Of a stretch of 64,000 nt of DNA, positions 62,101 through 64,000 are shown piece by piece. Position 1 is the first letter of the stretch, and every line of letters starts with the position of its first letter. The stretch is taken from NCBI GenBank assembly GCA_032718475.1, contig JAUCBJ010007602.1, positions 1 through 64,000 on the forward strand. The letters run 5' to 3'. The notes beneath the pieces are model-generated. The model was not told the DNA's origin. It made no database searches and worked only from the letters and a program-made list of their open reading frames with translations. Source of the stretch: Nemertoderma westbladi (lineage: Eukaryota; Animalia; Xenacoelomorpha). The position numbers and the translations under genes are program-made.

Positions 62101-62904
62101 CGTCCAATGGCAAGGTAGGCTCGCGAGTCTTCCACCCCATTCTTCCATCTCACCTTTCTCGAAAGCCTTGTAGGCTCTGTATAGGCTAAGAGCTTCTTTC
62201 TTTTCGCGGGTTGACTGATTCGCCTCGTCCAGCGTAAGTTCAAATACATCGGGTTCAACAACCTTAGGTGGGTAAATGACAGTTTCTCCCGCCTTTGGTC
62301 CGGTCATAGCAAATGAATGATATGGATTCGATAAAGGATACCCTCCTTCCTGGTAGCGTAGTTGTTGATGATTCGAACACCTCGCCAATATCGGTTCGGG
62401 ATTTTCCTTATTCAAACGCATCGGAATCGCATTTCGTTGTTCGCGCATACAAGAACCGCATTGATAATAAAGTTTATAAACTGAAAATGCTTCCTTGGTT
62501 TCTCTATCGTCCCCTCGAGTTCGTCTGTAAAGATGCATTCCATCGAATTCATCGCGTACCGCGGGCATAGGTTCGTGCGCCTTTAGGTATTGCATGGTAT
62601 GATACAAACGACTAATTTCAGTATCGGGGTCTTCGCTAATGTCTCCCGTATCACACAAAGCATCGTACGGGTAAAGTTCGTTGAAGGTTTGGCGCAAACT
62701 TTCGATTCTTTCGTTTAATGCGTTTTGCCTTCTCTTTAATACATTCGAGTCATATTTAGTTCTCGCGAGTTTCGCTGTACTTTCCGATAATTCTTTTATA
62801 CCAAATATAGTGTAATCCTTGGCTCCAAATCTTTCGAATGGCGCTGCTGCCTCCTCTTGGATATCATATCCCCATCTCGGCTCTCCTTGTATCCCTTTCT
62901 CCAT
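59179..62904 (-). CDS. Env-position accessory protein of BEL-2: DEDDy-like 3'-5' exonuclease plus three zinc knuckles, 1241 aa, intact
   Basis: ExoI YMFYDNEG; IQIRAADG; ExoII LPKMVRNMILDKTVVKVGSGVREDL; YVDTRP; KTGTGYIS; ExoIII-like QYYLAIES; CSKCGVAGHHMAKC, CGWCGDQGSHTFYTC, CTYCNIKGHRASEC; RG-rich basic tail. No signal peptide or TM segment seen. Confidence 0.85.
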   Translation of the reverse strand: MEKGIQGEPRWGYDIQEEAAAPFERFGAKDYTIFGIKELSESTAKLARTKYDSNVLKRRQNALNERIESLRQTFNELYPYDALCDTGDISEDPDTEISRLYHTMQYLKAHEPMPAVRDEFDGMHLYRRTRGDDRETKEAFSVYKLYYQCGSCMREQRNAIPMRLNKENPEPILARCSNHQQLRYQEGGYPLSNPYHSFAMTGPKAGETVIYPPKVVEPDVFELTLDEANQSTREKKEALSLYRAYKAFEKGEMEEWGGRLASLPCHWTSHDQTSAKEMTPEVFESINFAQNVIQRLQIASPERPREMQPYSTSATKPLSTTLNFPISIPVRQDTTYEIPIVDHPEIISNLEFLPAVVFSDMSKIYDLRRHITQKVVNNVPPHIQDFKELDRAGADIAPSNLKGYLTKTIRLWIGIGTFESDTDIAADWRGKVIRFDEDKDIEKIWQPSEELLDEWTRTFRSFQENGYMFYDNEGGSHQQSLTSKTIQIRAADGVLHVFSRQRSDKRMPIPPANTKRHHLITDIVKKMDQACNIDARMLPKMVRNMILDKTVVKVGSGVREDLISDFAGMTDSDDRLPTPYVDTRPLILWSIEQGYFREYNTQKTGTGYISYLLFNWDYKEGKRNKYIETYGEGDTPDMSEFESQLKWRGCVYWAITSPPRAVLQYYLAIESSVNVCLIADIVSRTLKRHPLCLGEDHTFYMEGRIRTDVFRRFLEPFYNSDAQCNAFTRAGFSIFRDVYLRCAGSLIERPSMFTLLPYEGERIVEITDESRQTRAPIGHLGDEFEVTTTIADDPLEELLEIERNLPKKSQTEIRQLEATDAIVCLQPSETYQPIDPDDYDYSMGGSARPIGDLIYERVWYPANTMCSKCGVAGHHMAKCSGKHITTTQLICGWCGDQGSHTFYTCWRFMAQCTYCNIKGHRASECQLRDIPYEHESVKLVRKLFDEWEDLADEHVSAQRRRFPMRAHLGFWAVNPQTMMSEGYISAMPQYDELIEVVDILPHDSGFRVVREYLLQIHPDNKNTWNFQKVVNRITYGEFDRFRTEKRNKGAWLTVAWAYRAAFYHKRIRASVFEEEEVLEATNISATPVAPSARHPREDGQGRIIRVQKVGQQLKKIINVEERKGVEPTIRVTRDTVSLPREPVGGSGHTPADQQGAQATLGSASSAFREFPDVLPTVATTDRSRGIGRGFGMPNRRICEEIVAPSLNVPSKPVTRPTSPISRAKSPVRSFRGRGRARSTKR

Positions 62905-63561
62905 AATTAGGGTGTAGTTACATAATCATTACTACTAGAGGGAATACAACAGAGTTTGTAGTTAGTTGTGAGGAGACGTGAGAGTTTCGTCTGCCCTTTG
63001 GGCTCGACAACGCTCTAACCTCCTACCCATAGCCTAAGATCTAGGGTTTCTTTAATGACACGCTGCTTCTTATCTAAAATTTTTGCCGAAATAAAAACGA
63101 ATTTGGGCTAAACTGGCCGTGAGTCTAAAATACTCACTTTTTGATCCCAAACTATTATCAGAAAATAAGCAGTCAAGAATTAGTAATAAATATAGGGGAG
63201 TCTATTTTGACGTAACTTATTGAAACAAGACCGTGTAAAATTTTATTAAAATTTTAAGAAAGGCTCGCAAGTCTTCCTCTCTTGTTTCTCTAATTTTAAG
63301 TTCCACCCGACTGTACCCTGAAATCTATTCACTGGAGAAATTTTTAAAAATTTTTCAAATCCAAATGGATTGTCTAAAATTTCGAAAATGTCTCAATATT
63401 GTGAGTTCCAAGTAGAATTCCATTTCTTATACCTACAAATCCCGCTCCTATGTGACACATAAGGGTACTACCCTCAATGTTCACATATAAAGACAATGGA
63501 ATTCTACCGCTGTCCTTACTACGGTGTACAGGTACGTGGAAATCTATTTGTAAACTTCTAA

Positions 63562-64000
63562 TTATTTACTTGTATTAGGTGGAGATTTGTAGTCTCCAGA
63601 CTCGTTACGAGTTTCTTCAAGAAGTACGAGACGTTGAGTCGGTCTGTCTACTGTACGACCGTCAATTGTCCGTACTGTCACAGTTCTTGTCACTCCATCC
63701 ATAGATGGATGTGTGGCTAAAATGACACCTGTTATCCAGAAGCGTCTTTTTAGATTCACTTCTGCCAACAGCACGTGATCTCCCGGCTTTAATGCGCGGG
63801 TGTTATTGTACCATGTTGTTCTGGCAGAAATAGAGGGCAAATAATGGTTTTGCCATATTTCCCAGAATTTGTTAGCCAGTAGTTGCGTGATTTTCCACGC
63901 TTTTCTACCGTAACTGTCGCTTTCTATTGGAATAGAAATCGGCGTTAATGTCGTCGGTGCCTGCATAAGCAGGTGTGCCGGTGTTAAAGCAAACTGGGAT
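63562..64000 (-). CDS. BEL-2 pol C-terminus (integrase C-terminal, DUF5641-type), partial
   Basis: ALTPAHLLMQ...WKITQLLANKFWEIWQNHYL...PGDHVLL...HPSMDGVTRTVTVRT...RPTQRLVLLE. Frame open to the window edge. Confidence 0.92.
   Translation of the reverse strand, partial: SQFALTPAHLLMQAPTTLTPISIPIESDSYGRKAWKITQLLANKFWEIWQNHYLPSISARTTWYNNTRALKPGDHVLLAEVNLKRRFWITGVILATHPSMDGVTRTVTVRTIDGRTVDRPTQRLVLLEETRNESGDYKSPPNTSK

Larger units (their letters stand above)
56560..64000 (-). mobile_element. 3' portion of a second BEL/Pao element (BEL-2): integrase end, accessory exonuclease ORF, 3' LTR
   Basis: DUF5641-type integrase C-terminus at the right edge. The satellite breaks abruptly at TGTAA (56560). 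The partner LTR and TSD are outside the window. Confidence 0.85.

Noticed and set aside
59179-62904. Envelope glycoprotein call based on position
   Set aside because: No signal peptide or transmembrane anchor. Cysteines are mostly in knuckle spacing and nuclease motifs are present.

Overview
Repeat-dense, AT-rich eukaryotic (invertebrate-looking) DNA. From left to right: (1) the right end of a probable Maverick/Polinton (C2H2-zinc-finger ORF running off the left edge, a PC4-like ORF, subterminal repeats, ACTACT terminus at 3272); (2) LINE fragments and a (CAGT)n-bearing Helitron-like element; (3) a 47/48-bp satellite holding an 11.2-kb BEL/Pao LTR element (11275-22524) with RT, RNase H and the integrase core deleted; (4) a duplicated satellite-plus-unique unit holding a young Ty3/Gypsy element (28131-37703), itself split by a PHD-APE-RT LINE; (5) an intronless class A GPCR; (6) a Tc1/mariner-type MITE; (7) an 8.3-kb 27-bp satellite; (8) the 3' part of a second, divergent BEL/Pao element. 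The main observation is that both BEL/Pao elements carry, in the env position between pol and the 3' LTR, homologous large ORFs with a DnaQ/DEDDy-like (WRN/Mut-7/EXD-type) 3'-5' exonuclease and C-terminal zinc knuckles. The ORF is intact in one element (1241 aa) and broken by three in-frame stops in the other (about 872 aa). The Gypsy integrase also ends in an apparent PWWP chromatin-reader domain. All domain calls are by-eye motif recognition; no database searches were run.
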